Below, piece after piece: positions 1 to 11,948 of a DNA stretch of 64,000 nucleotides. The stretch is taken from contig OZ024740.1 of assembly GCA_964016885.1 (NCBI GenBank), forward strand, positions 127,596,001 to 127,660,000. Reading direction: 5' to 3'. The notes beneath the pieces were generated by a model. The model had not been told where the DNA came from. It did no database searches and was given only the letters and a program-made list of their open reading frames with translations. Position 1 is the first letter of the stretch, and each line of letters opens with the position of its first letter. The DNA comes from Eledone cirrhosa (lineage: Eukaryota). Position numbers and translations under genes: made by a program.

Positions 1-103
1 TATTTAACTGTCAGTGTTCATATCCTATACTCCTTCTCGCCTCAGTCTCTGTCTTTCTGGTCTCTCATCCATCATGTCTTTCTCCCTGTTACTCATTCTC
101 TCT

Positions 104-336
<233 letters not shown>

Positions 337-1311
337 ATGGGGAGGAGACGTTTCCAGATGAAAAGAACACCAAAGAAACTTCGAATACATAGTCAAATGG
401 CATATTTCAGGGAATATTTGACGGTTTTGATATATGAACACACCTCACAACCCCAACCCCCACTCAATACACACTCACGCGTGCACACACACACACACAC
501 AATCAAACAAACAAACACACTCATATTTATGAACTGTATGTAGCGTGAGTTCAATTATTCACAGGTATCTTAATGCATGATAGAGTCTTGCGTCGAGGAT
601 TACGTATGGGCATCCTATTGTTCAACCAACTGAAAAATCTATTCATTGAGTTAACTTGCGAATTATATGAGTATTGTACAGATAATGCCACGTGTATTGT
701 TCACATAATGCTGACTGTTAAAATACAGACTCTTAGAATACCAGAGCTGCAATCTGCACGATGGTCTTCCATACCTAGACCATCAACACCAAAGGTTCTC
801 AACCCATTTCAACCCTTTTTTTTGATATTTCACTGTTAGCTATTGTAATATTTTGACTGGATAGACAATTCTACAATTCAAACTGTAAAGTCAAAATACA
901 AAAGGTGCAAAATATGAAGAATTTCTTAACTTTCTCTGAAATCACAAACTCGGGGTAAAAATAACACCTTGCAAAATAAAATATCTCGTAGCAAAATAAA
1001 ATACTTAGTAGCAACGAATGAATTGAGAATCATGGAAACAGTGAGAAAGCCATATCTGTATCCCTTATATATATACATAAATAGATACACACACACATAA
1101 ACGCGCAAACACACACGCGCGCACACGCACACACACACATACATACACACACACAAGCCTGTGTGCGTACGCCTTGGTTTTGGTACAGAAACAGTTTGTC
1201 TCCAGTTTGTATTGCCAGGTCAAAGGCCACTGCTGTTTTCAACAACGCCATATATATATATATATAGATAGGTAAATATACACGGGTGTGTATGATTGTG
1301 TATAGAAGATG

Positions 1312-1697
1312 ATATTAATAAGAGGAATTCCAACTTTGTCTGATTTACTCGTTTTATTTACAATCCTTTAAAATATATATAATGGTATTATAATGAAATA
1401 GTATGATAGAATATTAAATTCTAAGTGTTAATTGAACAAGTACTTTCATGCTTTCGCAATCTTCAGGTTCATGATATGTGGTGACAGTCGAGTTTGCAAT
1501 TTTCAACAGTTGAAATTTGCAAACTCGACTGTCACCACATATCATGAACCTGAAGATTGCGAAAGCATGAAAGTACTTGTTCAATTAACACTTAGAATTT
1601 AATATTCTATCATACTATTTCATTATAATACCATTATATATATTTTAAAGGATTGTAAATAAAACGAGTAAATCAGACAAAGTTGGAATTCCTCTTA

Positions 1698-1704
<7 letters not shown>
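1312..1704. repeat. Near-perfect palindrome (~196-bp arms, 1-nt spacer at 1508); fold-back PLE pLTR fragment
   Basis: 1312-1507 is the reverse complement of 1509-1704 (one mismatch seen near the centre); each arm carries an HHR; abuts (TA)n. Confidence 0.92.
1545..1583 (+). ncRNA. Minimal type I hammerhead ribozyme (mirror copy on - strand 1433-1471)
   Basis: tgaac-CTGAAGA-t-tgc-gaaa-gca-t-GAAA-gtac-TT-gttca: stem I tgaac/gttca, core boxes, palindromic loop III GTAC. Confidence 0.8.
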
Positions 1705-1773
<69 letters not shown>

Positions 1774-1777
1774 GGTA

Positions 1778-1980
1778 AGTTATTCCGGGTGGAAGCGGAG
1801 GTAACCACAGTAAATAAGGTACTCAATACATAGCAGAGTATAAGACTTTTAATATAGATGAGATTTTACAGGACTAGAGCTGTTTCATGCTTTAGAAATC
1901 ATCAGGAATCTCCTATGATTCCTGATGATTTCTAAAGAATGAAACAGTTCTAGTCCTGTAGAATCTCATCTATATTAAAA

Positions 1981-1981
<1 letters not shown>
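1778..1981. mobile_element. Fold-back pLTR mini-element (arms 1847-1910/1917-1980) with degenerate HHR core
   Basis: Inverted arms; CTGATGA-tttctaaagaat-GAAAC; same element at 16838-17031; flanked by (TA)n. Confidence 0.75.
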
Positions 1982-2027
<46 letters not shown>

Positions 2028-2171
2028 GAAGAGAGAAAGAGGGAAGGACAGAGAGAGTAAGAAATATGTGTGTGTGTTTGGTACACGTCTATCTATCTAT
2101 CCCTAACAGGGGGCTCAAACATGGTAGACCAGACTTAATAAAGAAAATATATATATATGTGTGTGTGTATT

Positions 2172-2305
2172 ATACGTCCCTTTACGATCTGAGTTCAAAT
2201 CGCGCCGAGGTTGATTTTGCCTTTCATCCTTACGGCGTCGATAAAATAAAGTACCAGTAATGCACTGTGTCATTTGCTGGCCTTGTGCCTAAAGTATAAA
2301 CAAAT
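2172..2305 (+). mobile_element. tRNA-derived SINE family 1, 5'-truncated
   Basis: B-box GAGTTCAAAT followed by the gcctttcatccttacgg..gtcgataaaataaagtaccag core shared with the full copy at 20942. Confidence 0.85.
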
Positions 2306-2611
2306 ATATATATATATATATATATATAAATATGTTTTTTATCATTTAGGTTTTATCATTTATTTTGTTTGACCTGTTTAGCTTGATTTGTTTTGGGCTT
2401 AGGTGGTTAATGCCTTCTTAACCAGTTTTTCAGTTTGAATGGCGTTTTAAGTTATTGTTTAGCTTTAGTTTTTAAACTATTGAGCGCTTGCCAGCATTTC
2501 TACGATTTTGCGTTTCGTTTCTACCAGCCGAAATACGATTCAGGCTTAATTATATATATATATATATTAATTCAAAATATTAACAAAAATAGACATTCGT
2601 GTGATCAAGTA

Positions 2612-2678
2612 TATTTTATTATTCATATTTCAGAGGTGTTGAGCTATCTTCAACAGTACGTCCTCATCAGATAAAATA
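2612..2678 (-). ncRNA. Type I hammerhead ribozyme in the PLE1 pLTR
   Basis: Minus strand: tattttat-CTGATGA-gga...tgttga/tcaaca...tct-GAAA-tatgaa-TA-ataaaata; 8-bp stem I. Confidence 0.8.
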
Positions 2679-3039
2679 AGATGACGCGTGACATACCCTG
2701 ACTAAGTAGATGGTTAAAATTCAGTCATGGCAGTGAATAAGATATGACAACACTCAATATTTATATACCTTAAGATTGAGACATGAAAAAATTACATATA
2801 ATACAGAGGGTGCTTTTGAGAAAGTGTATTAAGATACATAATATTAAACAACTACTAATATAATAGAAACCTACATAACTGTTAGATATTCAAATAATTT
2901 AAATTATTGAAAAAAGAAGTGAAAGACAGAGAGAGAAACAGATGAGGAAAAAGAGAGTTACTAGAATAATAGAAATATCTTATGCACGAAACAAAAAGAA
3001 AATTGATTGAGGATAGAGAGACAAGGAAGAATAATTATT

Positions 3040-5150
3040 ATATTGTGATGTTGCTATTCCATTCATGTTTTCTATTTAATTTTGGTTGGAGTTCATTTAT
3101 GTTTACTGCCCCTGTGATTTGTCTAAACATTGCGTCTTTTCTGTCTGTAGATTGTATTTTTATATCTATGTTCTCTAATTTGCCCTTACGTTCTATTTTA
3201 GCATGTTGGTGGAGCATTGATGATTCTTTTTTATCTTGAAGCTCTCGCCAGTTTTCATTTAACCGTTCTCCTATTCTACGAGCTGTCTCACCTATTTACA
3301 CTATATTCTTATATTTACATTGTCCTTCAGTACATCTTATGCTATATACTACATTTCTAGTTTTACAGTTAATATGAGGGCTTAGTTTACAGATTATGCA
3401 TTTCTTATCTATACAGGGAGGTCTTTGAAAAGGGTATGTATTACTAATAAGTGTTTTTATGGAGGTACCTGCTCTTTCTATCTTAATATTAAGTTTAAGT
3501 TTATCTAGGGCCCTTCTAAATGTGTAAGCTAATTCACCTCTAATGGTTGTATTGATGAACATTACACTCTGGTATTTATTGCTATCATACCATGAGTTTA
3601 TTCTATTAACCTTATTCCTAGTTATTTCTATTCTATTCCAAAATTTGCTCCTATACAAGGAGCAGGTCCCATTTGTATCATTATATGCAATTTTTTCCCA
3701 TTTGGTTATACTCTGATTTATCTCTCTGATTGTAACCACAGAACTGCATACGGTGGATGAAGTGTTGTATATGTCTCTGTAGTTCTTTGGGGTTGCACAT
3801 TCGGGACACGTTTCTCATCACCCGTACCAAATCTGCAATCAGTATGTTGATTTTAGTGTGATCCGAAAGAGCTGAGTTTCGGTGGATCAGATATTTGGAA
3901 GTCATGGGAATGGAGGATTTGTTTTTTGTTATTAATGGTTTCTAACCAGAGCTCTGTGTCTAGTACAGGTAATCGATAGTTTGGGTGTTTGCTTGGGTAG
4001 TCTATGGTAACTATAATACTGTGGTGGATGAAGTTAGCTATTTGCTGGATGCTTTTCATGGTGATTTTTCTCTAATTCCTGATTGTTCTCTAGTGGGGCG
4101 TTTTTACTACGATGTTTATATCATCAACGTAGTGGGAGTACATTATCAGGGTTAAGAGGTTGCTATCTTCTAATTGTTCTTTAAGTTTAAGTTTAAGTTT
4201 ATTGTCCCACCATACCATGAATAGGTTAGCTATGTCACCTGCAAAGCTAACACCAATGGCTGCTCCGTCCTCTTGGGCATATGTTTTTCCATTAAATTTG
4301 AACATATGTTCCTTAAGGGTTAGTTTTATACTGTCCGCCACCGCATGTGCAATCATTTTCTTTAGTTCATCGTGGTTTTCGGGGGACCGTATCGCTCTGG
4401 TCCACCCGTTCCATCTTTCTGTGTGGGTTTTCTTGGCCATTGAGGTAATGCTAGGTGGTCTGCCTCTTCTTGGTCTTGTAGGTTGTAGGGCACTGGCTGC
4501 TAAGGTCATACGTATCTAGATAATTATTACTATAGGTAAGTTTAATTAGGAGTCCTAGCTCACTGGTATCAATCGCACAGAATTCAACATTGCACTCACT
4601 GATCATTTCTACGCATTTCTTCACAGCAAAATCTACGTCAATGGAAGGAAATAGGAACACAATATCCATACTACCTATTATACAGTCTGTTTGGTCCCTA
4701 GATCGGTTATTTTCGCTGATTTTGCTGAGGAGGTCCCCCGTGCTGTCACATATATCTGGGGACATTTTAATGATGGGGCGTATGATCAGGGAGAGGAATT
4801 AGGAAAGTCTGTAGTTACTATCAATGTTAGCTCCACAGACTGGCCATGTTGGTGGTCCTGTGATAGGGTCACTCTTCGTCTCATGGTATTTTCGAAGCCC
4901 ATACAACGCTGGCACGTCATTGTTCCAGGCCTGGAAGTTGTTGGCAGTCCTTTTATCGGGATGCATTATGCTTGTCCACATCATCATATGGGCATTGAGG
5001 ATTTTCTCCCTATCCCATGCTCTCGTGGTATTACTTCTCTTGTATTATTGATGTGGGTATGCATTGCCTGGATGTTGTTTGACAGACTGTCAACCGACAT
5101 TCTGCCAGACTTTTCTGTTCGAAAGCATGCAATCTCTCCATTACGCAAGC
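3040..5150 (-). pseudogene. PLE reverse transcriptase/GIY-YIG endonuclease, multiply disrupted
   Basis: ORF-track fragments 4799-4987, 4451-4765, 4090-4509, 3853-4059, 3681-3905 and 3296-3739 are colinear in different frames; TAA at the Tyr of YIG. Confidence 0.9.
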
Positions 5151-5181
5151 CATTTGCAGATTTTTCTCCCAGATTTGTCTC

Positions 5182-5340
5182 CCGTTTCGACGGCTATTTC
5201 TGGACAGAAATAGCCGTCGAAACGGCTTGAGCTCTGCTGTCGGGGTTAAACATGTTCCTATTACCCACTCTACTACCCTAAGTATTGAGTACTCTGGTGC
5301 GTTATGGTCCATCAGGTTCCTTACCACAGCTAATTCTTTA
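5182..5340 (+). mobile_element. pLTR-like terminal fragment with a 21-bp hairpin (related stubs at 8022-8187 and 28122-28180)
   Basis: ccgtttcgacggctatttctg/cagaaatagccgtcgaaacgg hairpin; shared ctaagtattgagtactctggt...ggttcctta terminus running into (TA)n. Confidence 0.6.
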
Positions 5341-6310
5341 TATAAATATACATATATATATATAGTAATATTAATCAATTTGAAGACTAAAATCCAAATA
5401 GGGCTCGATAAGGATAAATATATATCAAATATATAAGAACCGTACAGCAAATATTATATATATATATATATATATTAGGAAGGGATGAACTACGAAGACA
5501 CACTGTGTCTCGGTGCATCTACCATTTCACGAAGTCACCGAGACCCAAGGATGGCTTACTTAACACGCTACCATTGAAATATTTCCTTTGAATTATCGCA
5601 ACAAATTGAGCCACAAGCAATAGTGTTATAGTAATAATCACTATTCAAACGAAGAAAAAACAACCCCATATTTAGTTCAATAAAACACAGAGACATTTAT
5701 ATATGTTTATGTTATACTATAAGTCGTGAATATTTGTGCTTAGATATCCGTACGTATGTAGAACATAAAACAAAGCAATCAACATTAAACTCGAATATTG
5801 TTTTTTTAAATATCCCTGCAAAATAAAGAAATTATCATGTTAGTCGTCTAATTAGTTAAAATATGTAACAGAGTATCTTTTTCAATTAAACTTGAAAAGA
5901 TAATAATTTGGAATAATGAGACAACGGCATAACATTTAAAAAGTATTAACTTTTATGATGATTTTATTACAAGTAAGACGTATGATTGGAATAATCTAGG
6001 TAAGCTCCGATTAAATATTTAGCAGTATCTGCTTCCGGATTTTTTACGAGCATATTACAAATCCCAGCGAGGTTGGATCTGATTTTTCTTCCTCGAAGTT
6101 TTTGATAAAACAAGAATTAGTTATGCACTGAGATAGATATCATTGGCGATTCGCCTTTCGAATATAAGAACTAGTGCATCCATTTAGTGCTAACATGACT
6201 CCAGAGCTTTTAGAGTGTATACCATTAGACCAAAATAAAAACTTCAGATTTATAACAGAAATTTCAACCAAACTCCATAGACATATGGGTTCCATTTCCT
6301 TCCCTCTACG

Positions 6311-6381
6311 ATGGTAACGATACCTAATTTAAGGAAAAGGTCAAACCATGGTAACGATACCTAATTTAAGGAAAAGGTCAA
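6311..6381. repeat. 34-bp tandem duplication (period 37)
   Basis: atggtaacgatacctaatttaaggaaaaggtcaa occurs twice. Confidence 0.9.
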
Positions 6382-6939
6382 TATTTCTTTCTTGTATTTT
6401 GTTATGGTGGAAAAACTTGTTTCCAAAATAGACGATGAACTAATTTAAAGGTTTTGACAACATTTTGTCAGAGTCATATATAAATGTTCAGGGCTTGATT
6501 AATTTTTCTTTTTGGGTTGATTTTAGTTCTACAATTCTATTTAAATGTTCACATGTAGCATTTCTATTTGGGGAATTTTTTTGAAATGTTGCTTTTTCTT
6601 ATTTATGTATATAGCGTTTACCACGATGTATTTATTATATAAATATGTTAAAATGTATGTAACGTTTATATAGATATGATACAATGTATGTCATATTTAA
6701 AAACTTATGCAGTCATATTCGTGTGTTTTGTAATTTACCGCTTCCAATATATGGTATGTTGCCTTCATATTAGCAGTACTTATACATGTTCGATTATCGG
6801 AGTGACTACAACAGTCACCCGTGTATGTATGTTTTTCTGGTATCATCCACAAAGAAAGTTAAGTTCGTATTTCTGTCTGCCTGTGAGCCTATGATATATC
6901 CTTCACATTTCTTGAGCAGAAAGGACAAAGGGTTTAATC

Positions 6940-7007
6940 TATGTATGTATGTATGTATGTATGTATGTATGTATGTATGTATGTATGTATGTATGTATGT
7001 ATGTATG

Positions 7008-7036
<29 letters not shown>
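6940..7036. repeat. (ATGT)n microsatellite
   Basis: Directly visible. Confidence 0.95.
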
Positions 7037-7038
<2 letters not shown>

Positions 7039-7973
7039 GCACGCGTACACGTATGATTGTATGTAAATATGTAAATATGTATGTATGTGTTTATGTATTT
7101 GTGTGTATGTATGTATATATGTATGTTCTTTGATTTTATAATTTCACAAATTTGTTTACCAATAGAGAGAGAGAGTCGGTTTCTAACATAGACACAAAAC
7201 TCTCTCATTGGAATTTACACAACATCAACTACGTAGATATGTATGCATGCCTGCATGTGTACATTTGGATGCTATTGTATGTGTGGATGTGTATGTTTTG
7301 AGTTGTATCTGTACATGTGTATATGCAGATATTAGATGCAAAATGTTTGGAATGTTTTACATATTTTTACTGTTCCATTAATGGATTGTACTTGTAATTT
7401 CCTAACTAGTTGTGTATGTGTGTAAGTATGCATGTATAAATAAATGAATGGAAGTATGCATGTTCATCTATGTAGAACAATAGTTTTAACGTTTAGGACT
7501 CCAGAAATGTATTGGAAGATATAATGAGAGTGTGAAGAAGAAGTAGAGAGATAGGCGAGAGTATAAAAAAGTTTGAAGGACAAACATGAATGGAGTTATT
7601 TAGCCATTTTGAAAGATTGCATTTGCGAATACGACCTGTGTATTAAAGTAGCATTGGAGAGTAGATAAGAATCAAGGAGGTAGAAAAAGTAAGTGTGTAT
7701 GTGCGTGTGTTTATATCTAGAAGTATGTGATCGAATGAAGTGTGAGATGTGGTTTTGTTGATCACTGCGATTCAACGACCATTTCCAGTGTACTGATGTA
7801 AATGTGTTATATTTTCAAATTTGATATCGATGAATGGATCTTCTTCACATGAAAACTAGAAAATACAAATACACACCAGCACATATATACAAATATGCAT
7901 GCACATACGCTCATAAAATATTAATATACATTTCTATATTATCTTTCTCCTTACATTTATACACATCTAAACA

Positions 7974-8015
<42 letters not shown>

Positions 8016-8186
8016 AAAATAATCAGGACCCCAACAGCTGAGCTCCGTTTAGAGAGCTAGTTCGGATCTAGCTGTCGAAACGGCCGGAACTCAGCCTTCA
8101 GGTTCTTGACTCTTTTCCGATTAGCCACTCTCTACCCTAAGTATCGAGTACTCTGGTCCACATGGTTCCTTACGATACTTTCCTCG

Positions 8187-8229
<43 letters not shown>

Positions 8230-8232
<3 letters not shown>

Positions 8233-9000
8233 TAATAATCCACCTCCTCATCATCATCATCATCATTGCGACCACAGCCTAACATTTCTCAGACTGTCTC
8301 TTCACAGTTTCCGATTTTCCATTGCTGCTGGCAACTGCTCCCTACTGAATATTTCATTGTCTGAGAGATGATCGATGAATATTCGAACAATTCTTCCTCT
8401 ACTGCGTCTCGCTTCAGTTGGTTCCCACAATAGTAGCCTGTGTGTAACCTCCTGCTTACTTCTCCGGAAATGTCCTGCAAATCGTACCTCCTGAGCAATT
8501 GTACTTTTTTATCGGTAAAGTTTCCGTTTAAAATTTCATTTGTAACACGCTGACGCCAGTTTATGTTTTGTACAAACTTTAGCATTTTATTGTATTTATC
8601 ATGTAGTTGAGTCAGGGTACATTTAGCTTATTCATATAACAACATGGACTAAAAAGATGTCCAGAAGAATTATATTTTGACTTTTCTGCGTAGATCTAAC
8701 TTACATATTCTTGCCATTTTGTTCATTGCAGACCAGAATCTGTCAATTACCTTTTCTTATGAACACATCCAGCTGCCCCAAAATAGGAAATCATCAACTC
8801 GATTTTGTATTCTACCAGCCAGTGTAACAAGATGTTCATCTTCTTGGCTTAATGTCATGTAATCTGTATTAATAACACATATTAGGTAAATACTTTTGCC
8901 AAAGAACTCGAATTTATGAAGTAGTGCATAAGATTGATCAATGGTATTTGATAAATGGATTGGCGCACACGCTCCATTTAACAGAGAATGACAGGTTTAT
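8230..9000 (-). mobile_element. Decayed RTE-group LINE 3' end with (GAT)n-like tail
   Basis: Translated fragments LSNTIDQSYALL, VDDFLFWGSW, MLKFVQNINWRQRVTNEILNG, FAGHF/RLLLWEP resemble the RTE RT C-terminus; trinucleotide tail at 8230-8266. Confidence 0.7.
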
Positions 9001-9080
9001 AGGAGTTGTGTCCCCTGTTCAAATTAGCAACTGGAAAACCAGCCATGACTAAGCAATATATATATATTTATATATATACA

Positions 9081-9917
9081 GTATTTTCCGTTGTGTTGTA
9101 ATATAAATATTACACACAGTAGATTATCAGCTCACGTAGAGTTTGCTCGACGGTTCCAGTTGTAGTTCCAAAAGTAATCCGGAGAAAAATAGAAAGATTT
9201 GAATGGATACAGTTTAGTTGAAAGGAATTTATTGACACGTGTTTCTATAACAGTTACATAACCTAAAACAGCTGCTATCTACAAACTTTTAGTTATGCAG
9301 ACATTCAATATTTCAATGTTATTATTTACTGTCATTACATCAGAATAATATTACTGAGGACCTATTTAGTTTTTATAGAGAATATGAGGAGGGAGGGGTG
9401 AAGTTGTTAGAAGAATAGTTGAAGGAGTGGTTTTCGATAGCAGTGAGAATTCTTGGTGGCAGTGAGTAATTAGATTCCCATCTGTTGTTTTGACATTTTT
9501 TATAGAATATATTATTGGTTATTTTTCTAAATCTATAGAAGGATTAGAGATAGTAAAGATATTCGTGGTTGGTTTTGTGTTTGCACTTAATTAACGTTCA
9601 GACTTAAATGTTTCTTTCAAGTGTACGTATCCTTTCACCCACGCATTCACACACAAATATATTTGCACACCTCTACAAAATACATATACTCACAATTCAC
9701 ATATTTATACTTACATATGTATACACATGCATACACATATATATACACACACGTATTCATGTACATACATACGCGCTCGTGTGTATACATTTTCATACTC
9801 AACTTATCTTTATATACACACGTATAGACACACACATATATACATACTTACTCTAGTCCATGTGTACACACATACACATACATACACATCTATATACACA
9901 TACATACATACATATAC

Positions 9918-9958
<41 letters not shown>

Positions 9959-10360
9959 CACACATATATATACATATATATATACATATATATATAAGCA
10001 CTTTAATACATGAATACACTTACATCTAACTATACACATCAAACATATATATATATTTACTTATTTATATACATTTTCACATATATATACATACTTATGG
10101 ACGTTTTTAGACACATTCATTATCGCATATTTGCACCTATTCTCATCAGCATATCTTTCCATTATTAGTGTGGTAATTTAAGGTTATTAATATATGTTGA
10201 GAAGAGATTGTTTTTATATTTTTCTAACTAGATTAACGTTTATATAGTTGGGGGATGTCCCTCTTTTATGTAATATTCGGCTTGTAGTGGGAAAAAAGGG
10301 TTTTAGTTCTGTGACGGCAGAATAATGTTCGTTCAATTCTGTTATTCAGCAGTTTCTTCT
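9081..10360 (-). mobile_element. Degraded PLE 3' end(s)
   Basis: KKLLNNRIERTLFCRHRTK (10300-10360) matches the LNxRxE..CRH end seen in PLE2/PLE3; GAAAC-ACGT-GTC half-HHR followed by AATAAA near 9228-9245. Confidence 0.5.
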
Positions 10361-10387
10361 TATATATTATATATATATATGTATATG

Positions 10388-10558
10388 ATCAAGGTTTAGC
10401 AAATAAAAAAAAGTTTCAAAATAAATTTCAAAAAATTAACTTTACTTATTATAGTTACCTTTACCGAATCGTTTTCGAGTCTCAAAAATAAACAGAGTCC
10501 ATACGGCAACCGTTACAAAGAAAAAGTCTCGTCAGAAGGAACTTTTCATTCGAAGAAT
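10388..10558 (-). mobile_element. Diverged copy of the 59002-59567 family with degenerate HHR (10457-10539)
   Basis: Reverse complement aligns to 59395-59565; cctt-CTGACGA...ctc-GAAA-acgattcgg-TA-aagg. Confidence 0.8.
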
Positions 10559-10567
10559 ATTTATATA

Positions 10568-10694
<127 letters not shown>

Positions 10695-11375
10695 AAAGTA
10701 TGTCCATTGAATCATTTGATAAGATATATACATCTTCTCTCCCAATTAGCATAATCAACCACACAAAAAACCAATTAGAGCATTAAAAGACACCTATGAA
10801 GAAATAATGGATAAATAAACGACAGCCATCTATTCGCGATCAACAGCTATAGAATAGGTACCCAGCATTTCAATAGCACGTGGAAATCGATTAAATATAT
10901 CGTCAACCATACACAATTAGGTATAAAATTAAAGTTAGAAGAAAACATGTATATAAACATACCAAGATTACGTTTCTACCTACCCCATGGGGTTTCATTC
11001 GCTTTTGGAAATATCCGATCGAGTTTCGAAATCATCAGGAAACAAACTCACTTGGACGAAGATGATTGTTAAATGATCCCCGCCAGAAACGAATTCAAAA
11101 TGCCTAAGAAAGAATGAGATTGGTGCCTTACGGCGAGGGGGCTGGTTGCTAGAGTGCGCAGCCTAATATTACCTAAATTGCATCTTAAACTTATGGGAGA
11201 TTATTAAATATAAAGATTTATATATACACAAACTATACAAAGTCATAGATAGATATATATATGTTTTTGGCAACCATTTACGATGTGACTCAATGACAAA
11301 TTAATTAATTAAATAATCAGAGCAATATACAATAAAGGGTGTCCATATATATATATATTATATACATATATATGT

Positions 11376-11462
<87 letters not shown>

Positions 11463-11514
11463 TAATAATAACAATGAATAAAAACACAGAAACAGTTCCT
11501 TATATTAAAAAATT

Positions 11515-11650
11515 CATCATTTTACGATCGTTTCTAGGATATATATGTGTGTGTTGGTATGTATATCATATAGATCTATGTAAACGTTTTACAAACTATC
11601 AGAGGGAATATACATGCCTACACATATATATGATGTCTTCAGAAATAATG
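11515..11650 (-). ncRNA. Hammerhead-like motif with ~100-nt extended stem II
   Basis: cattattt-CTGAAGA-(~100 nt with atatatatgtgt/acacatatatat pairing)-GAAAC-gatc-GTA-aaatgatg; base of stem II is mispaired. Same pLTR end at 60337-60371 and 63292-63395. Confidence 0.6.
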
Positions 11651-11738
11651 ATATTTGTTTATTGAAAAAATCCAACAAAGATTTAATATAATAGGTCTAT
11701 TTGGTAACAGGTTTTGAATTGATCAATTCAACACAGGT

Positions 11739-11915
11739 TTCCCGAATAAGACGAATACAAGACACGTGTGCATTCGTTCTTCAGACAAGGCAATTTAAAA
11801 ACATAGTGAGATGTTTGAAATTGCCTTGTCTGATGAACGAATGCGGACGTGTCTTGTATTGGTCTTATCCGGGAAGCCTCTGGTACTGAGGTAATTATAC
11901 TGTATTGTTTATTAA
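11739..11915 (+). mobile_element. Fold-back pLTR fragment of the PLE2 family with degenerate HHR (11819-11896)
   Basis: Inverted arms ~11739-11803/11811-11875; homologous to 38730-38835 and 41725-41812. Confidence 0.75.
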
Positions 11916-11948
11916 GTATATATATATATATATATATAGATATAGATA

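Larger units (their letters stand above)
2567..5180 (-). mobile_element. Penelope-like retroelement 1 (decayed RT + GIY-YIG ORF with 3' pLTR)
   Basis: Frameshifted ORF pieces: IGSMDIVFLFPSID (RT motif A), YAQEDGAAIG, YSHYVDDINIV, LPVLDTELW, Cys-rich linker, NVVYSIRC...*IGETARRIGER, PKLNRKHEW; HHR in the 3' terminus; ends in (TA)n. Confidence 0.92.

Noticed and set aside
3296-3298. Stop inside the PLE1 GIY-YIG motif as recoding
   Set aside because: It is TAA replacing Tyr in an ORF with many other disruptions.
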